Shown here in pieces: positions 63,600 through 64,000 of a stretch of 64,000 nucleotides of DNA. Each line of letters begins with the position of its first letter. The stretch's first letter is position 1. The stretch is taken from positions 22,382,001-22,446,000 of the forward strand of contig NC_082732.1 of assembly GCF_030144855.1 (NCBI RefSeq), written 5' to 3'. The stretch comes from Hypanus sabinus (Eukaryota). A program made the translations under genes and the position numbers. The notes under the pieces were generated by a model, which worked only from the letters and a program-made list of their open reading frames with translations, made no database searches and was not told the DNA's origin.

Positions 63600-63835
63600 C
63601 TGTCACTGTCTCAAACCTGACCTCTGGTGTGGAATATGCACGTTTTCCCTGTGGCCACTTGGGTTTCCTCTGGGTCCCTCGGTTCCCACCCACATCCTAA
63701 AGATGTGCAGATCAGTTGATTAATTAACCTTAAGGTGTAATGTGTGGGTAGTATTGAGGGATGAGGGGGTTGATGGGAACATAGGGACCCTTAATGGCTG
63801 GCACAGGCTTGGTGGGCTGAAGGGCCTGTGCCATA
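63600..63835 (+). mobile_element. V-SINE/HE1-like SINE (degenerate)
   Basis: gggtttcctctgggtccctcggttcccacccacatcctaaagatgtgc plus CR1-like tail. Confidence 0.65.
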
Positions 63836-64000
63836 GTTCATAAAACTACGTTAGTAAAGATGCCTCCTTTTGTAAGTAAATCTGTCCTTTCCCTGATAGT
63901 CAGGTAAATGCAAAATTTGACCTCCGGCTGGGTGCAGGTACCTTGGAACTGGTTGGTGCTATTTATTCACCAGTTGGATGATCAATATATACATTACATT

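Overview
This is vertebrate genomic DNA with spliced genes. The repeat content (HE1/V-SINE-like SINEs, CR1 and Rex1 LINEs, Penelope fragments) suggests a cartilaginous fish, probably a ray; that assignment is an inference. Three genes were traced exon by exon, each with GT-AG boundaries and consistent phases: NECAP2 (minus strand, exons 1-6, 3' end beyond the left edge), SZRD1 (minus strand, 4 coding exons, 150 aa, complete) and ZBTB17/Miz-1 (plus strand, BTB exons plus linker exons, zinc fingers beyond the right edge). SZRD1 and ZBTB17 lie head-to-head across a CpG-island promoter of about 300 bp. Most ORFs in the supplied track are transposon fragments or shadow ORFs. The most notable observations are: (1) two young, independently deleted Gypsy LTR elements that lost RT but kept integrase, both in sense orientation around the symmetric SZRD1 exon 3; (2) Penelope-derived mini-elements with target-site duplications, fold-back arms and a minimal hammerhead ribozyme motif; (3) Arg to Cys at the conserved PHear-domain binding residue of NECAP2; (4) a 90-bp inverted templated insertion inside a CR1; (5) a Chapaev3-like transposon nested in a Tc1-like element. 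I cannot establish from the sequence alone that any of these is a previously undescribed system.
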